Shown here piece by piece: positions 10,591 through 21,537 of a stretch of DNA of 64,000 nt. The stretch's first letter is position 1, and the number at the start of each line of letters is the position of its first letter. The notes beneath the pieces are model-generated. The model saw nothing but the letters and a program-made list of their open reading frames with translations, was not told where the DNA came from and did no database searches. Both the position numbers and the translations under genes were made by a program. This DNA is from Rhodoluna sp. (GTDB taxonomy: Bacteria; Actinomycetota; Actinomycetes; Actinomycetales; Microbacteriaceae): contig JBIIAT010000003.1 of assembly GCA_044239775.1 (NCBI GenBank), forward strand, positions 40,584 to 104,583, written 5' to 3'.

Positions 10591-11673
10591 ACGGCATCAG
10601 TAAGGTTTGAAAATGCCACTAGGACCTACCCGGGTGGCAAAACCCCCGCAGTTAATTCGCTTAATTTAGAAATCGCAGACGGCGAATTTCTTGTATTGGT
10701 TGGGCCATCTGGTTGTGGCAAATCAACAACCCTCAGAATGCTTGCCGGTCTGGAAGAAGTAAACGGAGGCAAGGTTTTCATTGGTGACCGTGATGTCACC
10801 GGTGTTCCACCAAAAGATCGCGACATTGCGATGGTGTTCCAAAACTATGCTCTTTACCCACACATGACCGTGGCCGAGAACATGGGATTTGCCCTAAAAA
10901 TTGCTGGCGTTGCCAAGGAAGAGCGCGCAGCGCGAGTTCTTGATGCAGCAAAGCTCTTGGATCTCGAGCCTTACCTAAACAGAAAGCCAAAGGAACTCTC
11001 CGGTGGTCAGCGTCAACGAGTTGCCATGGGTAGAGCAATTGTTCGCAAACCTCAGGTTTTCCTAATGGATGAGCCACTTTCTAACTTAGACGCCAAATTG
11101 CGAGTTCAAACCCGTACTCAGATTGCATCTTTGCAAAGGCGTCTTGGAGTCACCACCGTCTATGTGACGCACGACCAGGTTGAAGCCATGACCATGGGTG
11201 ACCGAGTTGCCGTTTTGAAGGACGGAATTCTCCAGCAAGTTGCAACCCCGCGAGAACTCTACGAAACCCCAAAAAACGTTTTTGTTGCCGGGTTTATTGG
11301 CTCTCCTTCCATGAACTTATTTCAGGTTCCTATCGTGGACGGTGGAGTTCAGTTCGGAAACGAAGTGGTTCCGATCCCAAGTTCAGTGTTGTCCAAGACC
11401 AAGGCAAAAATGGTCACCCTGGGTGTTAGACCTGAGAACTTTTCTGTTTCGAAGACCAAGGGAATCTCTGTCGAGGTAGCTGTAATCGAGGAACTCGGGT
11501 CAGATGGATACCTATACGGTGTTGCGAAAATCGATGGTAGAGAAACTGAACTTGTCTCACGAGTCGATGGAAGAGACCATCCAAACAGGGGTGAAAATGT
11601 TTGGCTCAACCCAGAAGGCGGAATCATGCACGTCTTTGATGTTGAAACTGGAGAGCGTCTGAACGAGGGCTAA
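10591..11673 (+). CDS. msiK: Shared sugar ABC transporter ATPase MsiK/MalK
   Basis: [17 protein letters not shown] and MDEP motifs and a C-terminal TOBE region. The conserved N-terminus ASVRFENATRTYPG continues in frame upstream of the track start to an ACG codon at 10591, 7 nt after the SD. Confidence 0.9.
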   Translation, partial: TASVRFENATRTYPGGKTPAVNSLNLEIADGEFLVLVGPSGCGKSTTLRMLAGLEEVNGGKVFIGDRDVTGVPPKDRDIAMVFQNYALYPHMTVAENMGFALKIAGVAKEERAARVLDAAKLLDLEPYLNRKPKELSGGQRQRVAMGRAIVRKPQVFLMDEPLSNLDAKLRVQTRTQIASLQRRLGVTTVYVTHDQVEAMTMGDRVAVLKDGILQQVATPRELYETPKNVFVAGFIGSPSMNLFQVPIVDGGVQFGNEVVPIPSSVLSKTKAKMVTLGVRPENFSVSKTKGISVEVAVIEELGSDGYLYGVAKIDGRETELVSRVDGRDHPNRGENVWLNPEGGIMHVFDVETGERLNEG

Positions 11674-12701
11674 AGCTTTGGCCTTGCCTTTGAAATCTCA
11701 TAGAGAGCAACTGACGCCGCTATTCCAGCATTTAATGACTCAGTTTCTTTTGCTATTGGAATGGATAAAACAGCATCACAGTTTTCCTGAACCAGCCTGG
11801 AAAGTCCCTTACCTTCAGAACCAACAACTAGAACCATTGGTTCGCCAGCCAAATTAAACTTCGGTAGAGACATGTCTCCCCCACCGTCTAATCCGACTAC
11901 GAAAAGTTTTCTTTTCTTAAACTCTTTTAGAGTTGCGTTCAAGTTTGCAGCCAACGCGACTGGCACTCTAGCGGCAGCACCAGCTGAGGTTTTCCAGGCC
12001 GCAGCGGTGACACCGGTTGATCGACGCTGTGGCAAGATAATTCCGTGTCCGCCAAAGGCTGCAACCGAACGGATAATCGCTCCCAGATTTCTTGGATCCG
12101 TTATTCCATCCAAGGCAACAAATAATGGAGTTGCGCCTCGGTATAGCACTTTGTCCAGTAGTTCCATCGGGTGTGCATAGGCGTAGGGGGGAACCTGTAG
12201 CGCAACACCCTGGTGAACAGAATCGAAACCAGTTAGTCGGTCAATTTCCGGGCGGGTTACTTCACTAATTGGGATTTTTCTAAGATTCGCTAATTGAATT
12301 GCCTCTTTTACTCGGTCATCCATTTCGATACGAGTAGCAAGATAAAGAGTTGTTGCGGGTACTTTTGCTCGAAGCGCTTCTAGAACCGAATTCCTTCCGG
12401 ATAGCACCTCGAAGCTTTCGGTTGCTTTAGTGATTCGTCTACCCTTGCGCGCGGCTGCACCAGCCACCCCCGCAGTCTTTGGTCCAGAAGCCACGAATTC
12501 ACCCTTACGGGCTACTCGGATACCAGCGGCTTTCTTCTTGTCAGCAGACTTCTTGGCACGAAAAGCTTTGTGGCCTTTGCGGTCCTCAGCTTTGGGGGTA
12601 GGGCCCTTGCCTTCCAGCCTTTTTCTTCCGTGACCCCCTGTTCCAACGCTTGGTCCTTTTTTGCCTTTGGCAGATCCTGGTCTTGCAGATTTACTAGGCA
12701 C
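11670..12701 (-). CDS. rlmB: 23S rRNA Gm2251 methyltransferase (SpoU family)
   Basis: GRNSVLEAL, HQGV, DGITDPRNLGAIIRS, GSEGKG and ESLNAG motifs; Lys-rich actinobacterial N-terminal extension; downstream of cysS. Confidence 0.93.
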   Translation of the reverse strand: MPSKSARPGSAKGKKGPSVGTGGHGRKRLEGKGPTPKAEDRKGHKAFRAKKSADKKKAAGIRVARKGEFVASGPKTAGVAGAAARKGRRITKATESFEVLSGRNSVLEALRAKVPATTLYLATRIEMDDRVKEAIQLANLRKIPISEVTRPEIDRLTGFDSVHQGVALQVPPYAYAHPMELLDKVLYRGATPLFVALDGITDPRNLGAIIRSVAAFGGHGIILPQRRSTGVTAAAWKTSAGAAARVPVALAANLNATLKEFKKRKLFVVGLDGGGDMSLPKFNLAGEPMVLVVGSEGKGLSRLVQENCDAVLSIPIAKETESLNAGIAASVALYEISKARPKL

Positions 12702-14121
12702 CGAGGCTCCAATTAGTTGAGCCGGCTTCGTCTTCGAGAGTGATTCCAGCTATCTTGAGCTGATCGCGGATGCGATCAGAAGTTTCAAAATCTTTATTCT
12801 CTCTTGCTACATTTCTTTGTTTAATCAGTGACTGAACCAGAGTGTCCAGCGACTTGAGAGCTTCGTCTGCTGATCCCTGGCCTTGCCAGACGCTATCCAG
12901 TGGATTTATGTTCAGCACGTTTACTATACCCAGAACAGCAAAATAGGCTTCGGTAGCTTCCTCAAACTTGTCTGAATCCAAAGCGGCGTTACCTGCTCGC
13001 ACGCTCTCATGAAGAACAGCAAGGGCTGCTGGCATGTTCAAGTCATCGTTCATGGCTTCGATGAACTTTTTTGGTAGCGAAGTTGATACCTGGCTGGAGC
13101 TTTTAGCCAAGGTCTCTTTACTAAGCCTTCGTCCAGCTCTATTCAAGAATGCGGCAATTCTTTCAATTGCGGCTTCCGCTTCTTCAATGACTCCCTCGTT
13201 GTAATCAAGGACCGAACGGTATTGAGCAGAGCCAAGATAGTAACGAACTGCTAGGGCATTGGACTCGTTTAGAACGTCGTTGACCAAAATTGAGTTACCA
13301 GCTGACTTGCTCATTTTTGCGCCAGCCACATTTACTAGTCCATTGTGTAGCCAATAGTTGGCGAATTTGTGTCCGGCCGCAGTAGATTGCGCTAACTCAT
13401 TTTCATGGTGTGGAAAGCGAAGATCTAGTCCCCCACCGTGAATGTCAAAATTTGTTCCTAAGTACTTGACGCTCATTGCTGAACATTCGATGTGCCAACC
13501 AGGTCTTCCCCTACCAAATGGGGATTCCCAAGAGGCATCGATGGGTTCATTGTCCTTGTGAGCCTTCCAGAGCGCAAAGTCTCTGGGGTCTTTCTTGCCT
13601 CGGGAATCCGCTTCGGTGTCGTTGATTAGATCGTCTTTGGTTTGGTTGGTGAGCTCTCCATAGGAGGGCCAGCTGGTTGCGCTAAAAAAGACGTCCGCTG
13701 AGTTATCCACTTGGTAGGCGTGGCCTTTGCTGATTAGCTGCTGAATCAAACCAATCATGTCAATAATGTTTGCGGTGGCTCGGGGCTCGTAGCTTGGGTT
13801 TGCAATGTTTAGTTGTTTGTAGGCACTGGCAAAAGCCTGTTCACATTCATAAGCTAAACCCCACCAAGACCTCTTGTCAGCCGCAGCGTTTTGCAAAACT
13901 TTGTCGTCGATGTCAGTGACATTTCTAATCAGGGTCACTTGGTTGCCCAAGGCTTGGAGCCAGCGAACTAGCTGATCGTAAACCAGCGCGGAGCGAAGGT
14001 GGCCAAGATGTGGCAACGATTGGACCGTTGGTCCACACAGATAAATCCCGACTTTTCCTTTTTCTAAAGGAACAAAGTCCCTCAGCGACTGGCTTCGGGA
14101 GTCATAAAGCTTGAGGGTCAC
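12694..14121 (-). CDS. cysS: Cysteine-tRNA ligase
   Basis: [36 protein letters not shown] and KMSKS. Confidence 0.98.
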   Translation of the reverse strand: MTLKLYDSRSQSLRDFVPLEKGKVGIYLCGPTVQSLPHLGHLRSALVYDQLVRWLQALGNQVTLIRNVTDIDDKVLQNAAADKRSWWGLAYECEQAFASAYKQLNIANPSYEPRATANIIDMIGLIQQLISKGHAYQVDNSADVFFSATSWPSYGELTNQTKDDLINDTEADSRGKKDPRDFALWKAHKDNEPIDASWESPFGRGRPGWHIECSAMSVKYLGTNFDIHGGGLDLRFPHHENELAQSTAAGHKFANYWLHNGLVNVAGAKMSKSAGNSILVNDVLNESNALAVRYYLGSAQYRSVLDYNEGVIEEAEAAIERIAAFLNRAGRRLSKETLAKSSSQVSTSLPKKFIEAMNDDLNMPAALAVLHESVRAGNAALDSDKFEEATEAYFAVLGIVNVLNINPLDSVWQGQGSADEALKSLDTLVQSLIKQRNVARENKDFETSDRIRDQLKIAGITLEDEAGSTNWSLGA

Positions 14122-15284
14122 GAGCCCAAGCCTACCTTTCGAACCAAACTAGAGGCCACAGCGGCGAGTCCCTCATCGCTTCCTAGAAATCCCATTGCAT
14201 CGGTTGTGGTTGCAGAGACGCTGACCGGTGCACCAATAATGCCCCCAAGATGTGCCTCTAGCTCTAGTCTTCGGGGGGCAAGTTTTGGGCGATTACCAAT
14301 TAGTTGAACTGAGATATTTACGGGCTCGAAACCGCGCTGCTTGAGTAATTCCAGGGCCCCTTGCAAAAAGACTTCTCCAGAAGCTCCCGAGTATTCCGGA
14401 CGGTCGGTTCCAAAATTTGAACCGATGTCTCCAAGGCTGGCGGCAGATAGCAAAGCGTCCACCATAGCGTGAGCAATCACGTCACCATCACTGTGTCCTT
14501 CGAGTGCTCGTTCCCCTGGCCATGGAAGGCAACCTAGGTACAAAGTCTTGCTGGCATCATCGCTATAGCGATGAGCATCTGAACCAATTCCCGTTTTGGC
14601 GTGAGATAACAATTGCGACTGTGCTCGCTCAAAGTCCTTGGCGGTGGTTATCTTCATCGCTTGTTCTTCGCCTGGGATCATCATCACGGTTCCGCCAAAG
14701 GATTGAACTAAAGCTGCATCGTCAGTGAACTGCTCGGTGGCAGCAACGTGAGCTGCTACAAGCACGCTTGCTGGAAAACCCTGCGGGGTCTGAGCTAACA
14801 CTAAGTTAGAGCGCTCAATAGTTTCTTGAATCACATCGCCTTTATATTTTTTGATGGTATCGGCAACTTGCAAAGTAGGGATCACGCCGATTTGGTTTTC
14901 ATCTACTGCCGCAGCGACTCGATTGAATAGATCTGTTGAGGTAAGTGACCTTGCAGAATCATGCACAAGGACAATATCAATTCCGCCGGAAAGCGCTGCA
15001 AGTGACTCCGAAACTGATTGCTGCCTGGTTGCACCACCAACTACTACTCGAATATCAACTCCTTGACTGGAAAGCTGCTTTTCAAATTCAAGGGTCTGCT
15101 CAAGATGGGTCTCAGGAACTGCAATTATGAGCTGCCTTAGATTCTCCATCGCGAGCGCTCGAAAAACGCTGTGTTCCAGAAGTGACTTACCCTCGAGCTC
15201 GACGAATGCTTTTGGGGACTTGGCGCCTAGGCGCTCACCTTTGCCTGCAGCTAGTAGCACCACCGCCACAGAGCGTTGGGTCAT
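14118..15284 (-). CDS. ispDF: Bifunctional IspD/IspF (MEP pathway)
   Basis: N-terminal LAAGKGERLG...VHDSAR...QTPQGF (IspD) fused to GIGSDAH...GHSDGDV (IspF). Confidence 0.93.
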   Translation of the reverse strand: MTQRSVAVVLLAAGKGERLGAKSPKAFVELEGKSLLEHSVFRALAMENLRQLIIAVPETHLEQTLEFEKQLSSQGVDIRVVVGGATRQQSVSESLAALSGGIDIVLVHDSARSLTSTDLFNRVAAAVDENQIGVIPTLQVADTIKKYKGDVIQETIERSNLVLAQTPQGFPASVLVAAHVAATEQFTDDAALVQSFGGTVMMIPGEEQAMKITTAKDFERAQSQLLSHAKTGIGSDAHRYSDDASKTLYLGCLPWPGERALEGHSDGDVIAHAMVDALLSAASLGDIGSNFGTDRPEYSGASGEVFLQGALELLKQRGFEPVNISVQLIGNRPKLAPRRLELEAHLGGIIGAPVSVSATTTDAMGFLGSDEGLAAVASSLVRKVGLGS

Positions 15285-15299
15285 CGGTCTACTCTTTCC

Positions 15300-15782
15300 C
15301 TAAGAGGCGAGTACTTGATCCAGCAAGACTGACGCTTTTTCTTCGTCGGTCTTTTTGGCAAGGGCTAGTTCAGAAACCAGAATCTGGCGAGCCTTGGCAA
15401 GCATGCGCTTTTCTCCTGCCGAAAGGCCCCTATCCTGATCTCTTCTCCAAAGGTCTCGAACTACCTCAGAAACCTTAACAACGTCACCAGATGCCAGCTT
15501 TTCAAGGTTTGCTTTATACCTTCTGGACCAGTTTGTTGGCTCTTCAATAAATTCTGCGCGCAGCACATCAAATACTTGCTGGACACCTTTACGATCGATA
15601 ACGTCTCTGACCCCAACCATCTCAACGTTGGCTGCTGGCACCCAGATGGTCAAATCACCCTGGGCAACTTTTAGTTGAAGGTACTTTTGCTTTTCGCCAC
15701 GAACGCTGCGGTTTTTGACCTCAACGATCTTGGCTGCGCCGTGATGTGGATAAACGACGGTTTCGCCAACTTCGAATTTCAT
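15300..15782 (-). CDS. carD: RNA polymerase-binding transcription factor CarD
   Basis: [15 protein letters not shown]...[13 protein letters not shown]. Confidence 0.97.
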   Translation of the reverse strand: MKFEVGETVVYPHHGAAKIVEVKNRSVRGEKQKYLQLKVAQGDLTIWVPAANVEMVGVRDVIDRKGVQQVFDVLRAEFIEEPTNWSRRYKANLEKLASGDVVKVSEVVRDLWRRDQDRGLSAGEKRMLAKARQILVSELALAKKTDEEKASVLLDQVLAS

Positions 15783-15875
15783 TTGTTGGATTCCCTTCAG
15801 AAAGCACTATTTTACCACAGGTATGGCCTTTATTCCTGAGGTAAACTTGGAGGGTATGCCCACCAAGGAGGATTA

Positions 15876-16382
15876 GTGCTAGTTCGCAAGATAGCTGCCG
15901 GTATTGCAATTGTTGCCCTGTCGTTGAGCTTAACTGGCTGTTCTTTTACGGGAAATGTGGCTTCATTGCAGCCCTACGCTCCTAGCGATGGGCAACAAGT
16001 GGATCTCGAATCCGTCAAGGCAAGAAATTTCATGTACTTGGTTAGTGACACTGGAAGAGGCTTTCTAGTTGGATCTCTAGTTAGTGCCTCAACAGAAGAT
16101 GTCACAGTGAAGCTCCAATACATAAACCCCGAAACTGAAGAACGATCTGACTTCTTCTTCGATGTCCCGGCTGGATCAAAAATTGACTTCGGATTCAACG
16201 GCAACTTGCCTATTGACGTGCCCGTTGTTGAGGTTCCTGGTCAAACTGCCAAGTTTTATCTTCTAGAGAGCGACACAATCAACGGATCCATGCAGGTGCC
16301 AGTACTGGACGGGACTTTGAGCGAATATCGCGACCTAATTGAGCAGTTGGAAAACTACCGCCCGGATGTTATCGAGCAGTAA
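15876..16382 (+). CDS. Putative lipoprotein
   Basis: Signal peptide with lipobox LTGC; YAPSDG and VPVLDGTL motifs; divergent from carD. Confidence 0.7.
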   Translation: MLVRKIAAGIAIVALSLSLTGCSFTGNVASLQPYAPSDGQQVDLESVKARNFMYLVSDTGRGFLVGSLVSASTEDVTVKLQYINPETEERSDFFFDVPAGSKIDFGFNGNLPIDVPVVEVPGQTAKFYLLESDTINGSMQVPVLDGTLSEYRDLIEQLENYRPDVIEQ

Positions 16383-16389
16383 AGGCTTT

Positions 16390-17070
16390 CTACACCTCTA
16401 GCTTGTAGCCCAGGCCGCGAACGGTCTGAATGTATTTAGGTCTGGCAGGATCCTCTTCAACTTTTGAACGAAGTCTCTTGATATGAACATCCAAGGTCTT
16501 AGTGTCACCAAAGTAATTTGACCCCCAAACCCGATCAATTATTTGACCTCTGGTCAAAACCCGGTTCACGTTCTCCATCAAAAGCTCCAGTAGTTCAAAT
16601 TCCTTGAGGGGCAGCGTCAGTTGGTTTCCATTTAGAGTCACTACATGCCGATCCGAGTCGAGCCTTAGCTCCCCTGCAACCAAAACTGATCCGGCATTTA
16701 CTGGCGGCTCAACTTGTCGTCTCAAGACGGCTTTAATTCTTGCAAGCAGTTCTCTTGTTGAATAGGGCTTGGTGATGTAATCATCGGCACCGATTTCGAG
16801 ACCTACAATTTTGTCAATTTCAGAATCTTTTGCTGTAAGCATGATTATCGGCACGTTAGAGCTCATTCTGATGTGTTTGCAAACTTGATTGCCGTCAACT
16901 TTTGGCAACATCAAGTCAAGCAATATGATGTCAGCTCCAGATTTGTCAAAGACACTAATAGCCTCCTCACCATCAACTGCGACAATAACGTCGTGGCCTT
17001 CTTTTTCAAGAAAGAACACCAGCGCCTCACGTAATGACTGTTCGTCTTCAACAACTAGCACTTTGGCCAT
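16390..17070 (-). CDS. regX3: Phosphate response regulator RegX3 (Streptomyces PhoP ortholog)
   Basis: LTAKDSEIDKIVGLEIGADDY and GDTKTLDVHIKRLRSK; paired with senX3 and divergent phoU. Confidence 0.92.
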   Translation of the reverse strand: MAKVLVVEDEQSLREALVFFLEKEGHDVIVAVDGEEAISVFDKSGADIILLDLMLPKVDGNQVCKHIRMSSNVPIIMLTAKDSEIDKIVGLEIGADDYITKPYSTRELLARIKAVLRRQVEPPVNAGSVLVAGELRLDSDRHVVTLNGNQLTLPLKEFELLELLMENVNRVLTRGQIIDRVWGSNYFGDTKTLDVHIKRLRSKVEEDPARPKYIQTVRGLGYKLEV

Positions 17071-18284
17071 TATTTTCCTTCCGAAACTAAGTCGATAGTG
17101 CCTGTTGCGGGGTCCGCCGCTGTTGCAAGAGGTATCCGAAGAGTGAAGGTCGAGCCAACCCCCACCTGGGAAAACAATTTGATTTCCCCACGGTGGATCT
17201 TGGCGACGTGCTTTACGATGCTAAGACCTAGGCCTGTTCCTCCGGTGTCTCTCGATCTGGAAGGATCGGCTCGGTAAAAGCGTTCAAAAATTCGTTGCTG
17301 GTTCTCAGGTGAAATACCAGCACCTGAGTCAGTCACAGTGATCTCAGCGATAGATTCTTTGGCACCACAGCCAATACCAACACTGGTTCCTTGGTCTGAA
17401 TAGCTAATTGCATTTTCAACAAGGTTTTTTACTGCTGTTATTAACATCTCCTTGTTACCAAAAACTTCGAGCTTAGGGGCTTGCTCTGAAACCAATCTGA
17501 TTTTTCTACTAGCCGCTAGTTGTTCGTTTCGATCAATTGCCTCAGCCGTCACATCATTTAGGTTCACGATTTCGGCGGATGCCAAAACCTCCTCCGACTG
17601 AAGCCTTGAAAGCTTGATTATATCTTGGACTAAAAATGTAAGCCTGCTGGATTCTTTATTCAGGCTGGCTGCGAACTTTGCAACGGCCGCTTGATCATCA
17701 CCTGCTTCTTGAATCGCCTCTGAAAGCAGTGCGATGGCACCAATTGGTGTCTTGAGTTCGTGAGATATGTTCTCAATAAAGTCTCGCCTAGTTTTATCCA
17801 GGCGAATATCGCTGGTTCTATCCTCCAGAACGAGGACAACGTAATCACCCTCGACTAGTTTTGCCTTCGCCGCAACTGAGACTTTCTCTTGCGCGAGGCC
17901 AACTCTCAATACCCCTTCGAATGATTCAATGTCTGATCCCGAGCGGGCGCGTTTGACCAAATCGACAGTCTCCGCGTGAACAAGTAAACCGCGCGCAACC
18001 AAACCAAAAGATTCAGCCCAGCTGTTTGTGCCAACGACTCTGTTTGATCCGTCAAGAACGATCCCCACGGAGCCCATTAGTTCTAGAACTTCTGCGATCA
18101 GGTCTGGAAATGAATCTGGTTCAGACTCGATAAGCTGTGGCTTTCTTTTGCCCAAAAACCATCCAAAATATGCGGCGGCTGCTAGAGCCACGACTCCACC
18201 AAGGATGATTACTTCAACGCCCAATGTGTTCACATTGTTAACCATATGACCCGCTAAAGAGCTCAAAGTGCCAAAAACCTCCAA
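17070..18284 (-). CDS. senX3: Sensor kinase SenX3 (PhoR ortholog); true start probably somewhat downstream of 18284
   Basis: RRDFIENISHELKTPIGA, NLVENA and GGTGLGL. Confidence 0.9.
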   Translation of the reverse strand: MEVFGTLSSLAGHMVNNVNTLGVEVIILGGVVALAAAAYFGWFLGKRKPQLIESEPDSFPDLIAEVLELMGSVGIVLDGSNRVVGTNSWAESFGLVARGLLVHAETVDLVKRARSGSDIESFEGVLRVGLAQEKVSVAAKAKLVEGDYVVLVLEDRTSDIRLDKTRRDFIENISHELKTPIGAIALLSEAIQEAGDDQAAVAKFAASLNKESSRLTFLVQDIIKLSRLQSEEVLASAEIVNLNDVTAEAIDRNEQLAASRKIRLVSEQAPKLEVFGNKEMLITAVKNLVENAISYSDQGTSVGIGCGAKESIAEITVTDSGAGISPENQQRIFERFYRADPSRSRDTGGTGLGLSIVKHVAKIHRGEIKLFSQVGVGSTFTLRIPLATAADPATGTIDLVSEGK

Positions 18285-18295
18285 AATAGCGGTAA

Positions 18296-18350
18296 TTTTG
18301 AACTGGGTTTGGTGTTTATTTGGCTCCCGTTAACCATCGGGTGGGATATT
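18296..18350 (+). promoter_or_regulatory. PHO-box-like 11-bp repeat array and -10 of phoU
   Basis: Units TTTTGAA (18296), GTTTGGT (18307), ATTTGGC (18318) and GTTAACC (18329) on an 11-bp period, then GATATT at 18345. Confidence 0.5.
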
Positions 18351-18380
18351 CACTAAGTAAATCCAAGAAGGGAAACATCA

Positions 18381-19034
18381 ATGCGCGAGGTATTTCAAAG
18401 CGAACTCCAAGAGGTTCAGGAGCGCCTGGTTGAGATTTCCCAGTCCGTAGCCCTAATCATCCAAAAGGCCACTCAGGCTTTCTTGACCAATGACATTGCC
18501 CAAGCCGACGAGGCCTTACAAATTTCAGACGCTAACGAAGACAAGGCCCTGGCTCTTGATGAGCTGGTAATAAGGATCTTGGCTAGGCAATCGCCGGTCG
18601 CAAGAGACCTTAGAGTTCTGGTATCTGCACTTCGAATTAGCGCAAGTCTTGAGCGTATGGGTGCTCTAGCCAGTCACATTGCTTCTATTGCTCGCTACAG
18701 ATTCCCTGGTTCAGCAGTTCCAGACTCGCTTCGTAAGACATTCGAAGAAATGGGTGCGTTAGACATTCAGCTTGCTAAGAAACTAAGTGAAGTTCTGCAA
18801 AACGCAGATGTCGACTTGGCTCGAGCTATCCAGGCTGAGGATGAAAGAGTAGACGAACTTCACAGAAGCGTGTTTGACGTGGTGCTGTCTGACAGTTGGA
18901 AAGAAAATGCCATGTTCACAGTCGATGTGACTTTGGCAAGCCGGTACTTTGAGCGCTTCGCGGATCATGTAGTGGACATTTCCAGCAAAGTCACCTACTT
19001 GACCACGGGTGAATGGCACGAGACCGAAGCTTAG
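18381..19034 (+). CDS. phoU: Phosphate signalling protein PhoU
   Basis: [16 protein letters not shown] and ERFADH motifs. Confidence 0.95.
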   Translation: MREVFQSELQEVQERLVEISQSVALIIQKATQAFLTNDIAQADEALQISDANEDKALALDELVIRILARQSPVARDLRVLVSALRISASLERMGALASHIASIARYRFPGSAVPDSLRKTFEEMGALDIQLAKKLSEVLQNADVDLARAIQAEDERVDELHRSVFDVVLSDSWKENAMFTVDVTLASRYFERFADHVVDISSKVTYLTTGEWHETEA

Positions 19035-19786
19035 TTCTTACTTTTTCCCTGATTAGCCACGGCCGCTTGGCCAGCCGCTGCAGCATCTGGGTCTAGATAC
19101 TCTCCGCCTTTGACGGTTGGTTCAAAGTTTGAATTCAATTTGTATACCAGAGGCATTCCGGTTGGAATGTTTAGCTCTGCAATGTCTTCGTCCGAAACTC
19201 CATCGAGTAATTTCACAAATGCGCGAAGCGAATTGCCGTGTGCGGTAACCAAAACTGTCTTGCCTTTTGAAAGATCTGACTTTATCTCTTCCCAAATTGG
19301 CATGAATCGAACCAAGACATCCTTTAGGCACTCGGTTCGAGGTAGATCTTGCCCAAGACTCTGGTATCGCTCGTCGCCAGCCTGTGAGTATTGATCGGCG
19401 TCGTCAAGCTCTGGTGGTGGGACATCAAAACTACGGCGCCACAGCTGAAACTGTTCCGGCCCATAAGTTGCTAGGGTTTGGGCCTTGTCCTTGCCTTGCA
19501 ACGCGCCATAGTGGCGCTCGTTTAGTCTCCAAGAGCGCTTGACATCTATCCAACCGCGATCAGCGGTATCAAGAGCTATGTTGGCTGTATTAACGGCTCT
19601 CTTTAGTAAGGAGGTGTAAAGCAGATCTGGCTTTAGGCCAGATTCAGCGAGTAATTCGCCTGCTCTTTTTGCCTCTAGCCGGCCCTGGTCGCTGAGATCA
19701 ACATCGACCCAGCCAGTAAACAGATTTAGCTGGTTCCAGATGCTGTTGCCGTGCCTAAGCAAAATTAGGGTGTGTTCGCTAGTCAT
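19031..19786 (-). CDS. gpmA: 2,3-BPG-dependent phosphoglycerate mutase
   Basis: [22 protein letters not shown] and AHGNSLR. Confidence 0.97.
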   Translation of the reverse strand: MTSEHTLILLRHGNSIWNQLNLFTGWVDVDLSDQGRLEAKRAGELLAESGLKPDLLYTSLLKRAVNTANIALDTADRGWIDVKRSWRLNERHYGALQGKDKAQTLATYGPEQFQLWRRSFDVPPPELDDADQYSQAGDERYQSLGQDLPRTECLKDVLVRFMPIWEEIKSDLSKGKTVLVTAHGNSLRAFVKLLDGVSDEDIAELNIPTGMPLVYKLNSNFEPTVKGGEYLDPDAAAAGQAAVANQGKSKN

Positions 19787-20829
19787 TATGCTCCAAGTTT
19801 AGGCCCTGCGAGTTTGAGCCTTGGGAGCTTTGGAATGTCTGCAACTTTTCCAGCATCACTTGGAACAATTACTTCTTGGGTGGCAGCGATTACGCCAGAA
19901 CTGCCTAGAACTTCAAGTGCGACATCCTCGGCAACAGAGCGTGAGATGACAGCCAGCGCAATTGGACCCATTTCAAAATGTTGCGCAGTAGAAGTGATTT
20001 TTCCAACTATCTTTTCTTCACCCGAAACTCTTACCTGAGCTCCCACATCCGGTAACGAATGTTCGGACCCATCCAGGTGTAAAAAGGTAAGTCGTCTTGG
20101 AGGGTGTCCTAGATTGTGGACCTTAGCTACAGACTCTTGGCCTCGGTAGCATCCTTTGGACAAATGAACCGCAGTTGCTAGTAAATCTAATTCATGAGGT
20201 AAAGACTTTTCATCAACTTCACCTATTGCACTTGGCCGACCTGCCGCAATTCTCAGGGCATCGGCTGCCATGGTTCCAGACAGCGCCTGATTTCCAAGCA
20301 GCTCATCAACTTTCTTTGCGTCCACCATGTGCTCAAACCAGTCGTAGTTCACTTTTCTAGTTGAGTAACGATATCCTCCCGGGGCCACACCTGGCCATGG
20401 ATCTTTCCAAATCAGCGGTTGGGAGTTTGATAAAAACGCAATTTCAGGATTTTTCTTGGTTGATCCGACCAGACTGAACTCGTCTGTTTGATTTGTAATC
20501 ACGACCTTCATGCGAAACACCATCTTGGTCAGCCAGTCAAGCAGCATTTGAGAGTTTTCAAGATTGACGATTAGCCAACTAGTTTGCCCGTCATCGATTA
20601 TCTTGATCATCTGTTCAATGTGCCCTTGTGGATCAAGCAGTAGGGCTTCAGCGGAATCTCCAGGAGCCAAGTTTTTCAGATTCTGACTCAGCAGTGAATG
20701 AAGCCAGCTCAGGCGGTCCTCTCCAGAGACGCTGATTATTCCTGGCTGATTCATGAGGCAATACGAGCTACCTTCAAAAAGGTTTCGTTGCTCTATTAGA
20801 GGGTTGCCAAAGTGCTCCTTGATTTGCAT
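19786..20829 (-). CDS. ygfZ: YgfZ/GcvT-like folate-binding protein
   Basis: KGCYRGQE signature. Confidence 0.92.
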   Translation of the reverse strand: MQIKEHFGNPLIEQRNLFEGSSYCLMNQPGIISVSGEDRLSWLHSLLSQNLKNLAPGDSAEALLLDPQGHIEQMIKIIDDGQTSWLIVNLENSQMLLDWLTKMVFRMKVVITNQTDEFSLVGSTKKNPEIAFLSNSQPLIWKDPWPGVAPGGYRYSTRKVNYDWFEHMVDAKKVDELLGNQALSGTMAADALRIAAGRPSAIGEVDEKSLPHELDLLATAVHLSKGCYRGQESVAKVHNLGHPPRRLTFLHLDGSEHSLPDVGAQVRVSGEEKIVGKITSTAQHFEMGPIALAVISRSVAEDVALEVLGSSGVIAATQEVIVPSDAGKVADIPKLPRLKLAGPKLGA

Positions 20830-21420
20830 CTACAAAACTCTCTCGAGTCGTGCAGAAGCATGGGATTCCAGCGGGTTGCCTAGAGCTGCAATGTCCCACA
20901 CCCACATCAAAGCTCCATCTACCAAACCAAACATTCGAGTTGCAGCTCGGTAATCCTTGGCCGATTGCGACCTCAAAACGGCATCGGTTGCAAGATCGAC
21001 CCGAGCGCCTTTGATTTGACCAACATACAACTCGCTTATACCGCTCGGGTGCAAAATAGAAGCCTCAATGTCGAAGCCACCGTCTTTATTTCTTAAGGTC
21101 TCAAGCTGCTCATGGGAGGTGATTGATTTAGATCCAGAGCCAGGCATTAACGCTGGTCCAGCATCTGCGCTCTCGGGAGATCTGGCAAGACGCCAGAATC
21201 CTACTTCGCTCGGTAAAGCCGATCCATCGCTGAGTGTTGTCTTTGCTACGTAACCCAGGGCTGATTCATTTTCGAATGAAAACTCAACGGACTGTTGAAA
21301 ATCTCTTTCTGATTTCTTACCTTCGTGGAGATAGGAGATCACTCCTGACCCGGACCACTTTCCAACAAGAAAGGCAAAGGGAGTTAGTTCCAGGGGTAAT
21401 CCCTCTGGCACGACCAACAA
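20830..21420 (-). CDS. FABP-like/nitrobindin (DUF1794) protein
   Basis: FLVGKWSGSG...EVGFWR...RMFGLVDG...HASARL. Confidence 0.85.
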   Translation of the reverse strand: MLVVPEGLPLELTPFAFLVGKWSGSGVISYLHEGKKSERDFQQSVEFSFENESALGYVAKTTLSDGSALPSEVGFWRLARSPESADAGPALMPGSGSKSITSHEQLETLRNKDGGFDIEASILHPSGISELYVGQIKGARVDLATDAVLRSQSAKDYRAATRMFGLVDGALMWVWDIAALGNPLESHASARLERVL

Positions 21421-21528
21421 CTATTTTTGTCCTTTAAATAATTTGTAAAGAACCAAAAGTGACACTGAGCCAATTGCCAGTGAGGCTAGGGCAAGTAGGC
21501 CTGTGAAAAAGATTTCTAGTGCGAGCAT
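21421..21528 (-). CDS. 35-aa single-TM small protein (not in ORF track)
   Basis: MLALEIFFTGLLALASLAIGSVSLLVLYKLFKGQK. Its stop abuts the FABP gene start, and TAGAAT lies just upstream, suggesting a leaderless gene. Confidence 0.75.
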   Translation of the reverse strand: MLALEIFFTGLLALASLAIGSVSLLVLYKLFKGQK

Positions 21529-21537
21529 ATATCTATT

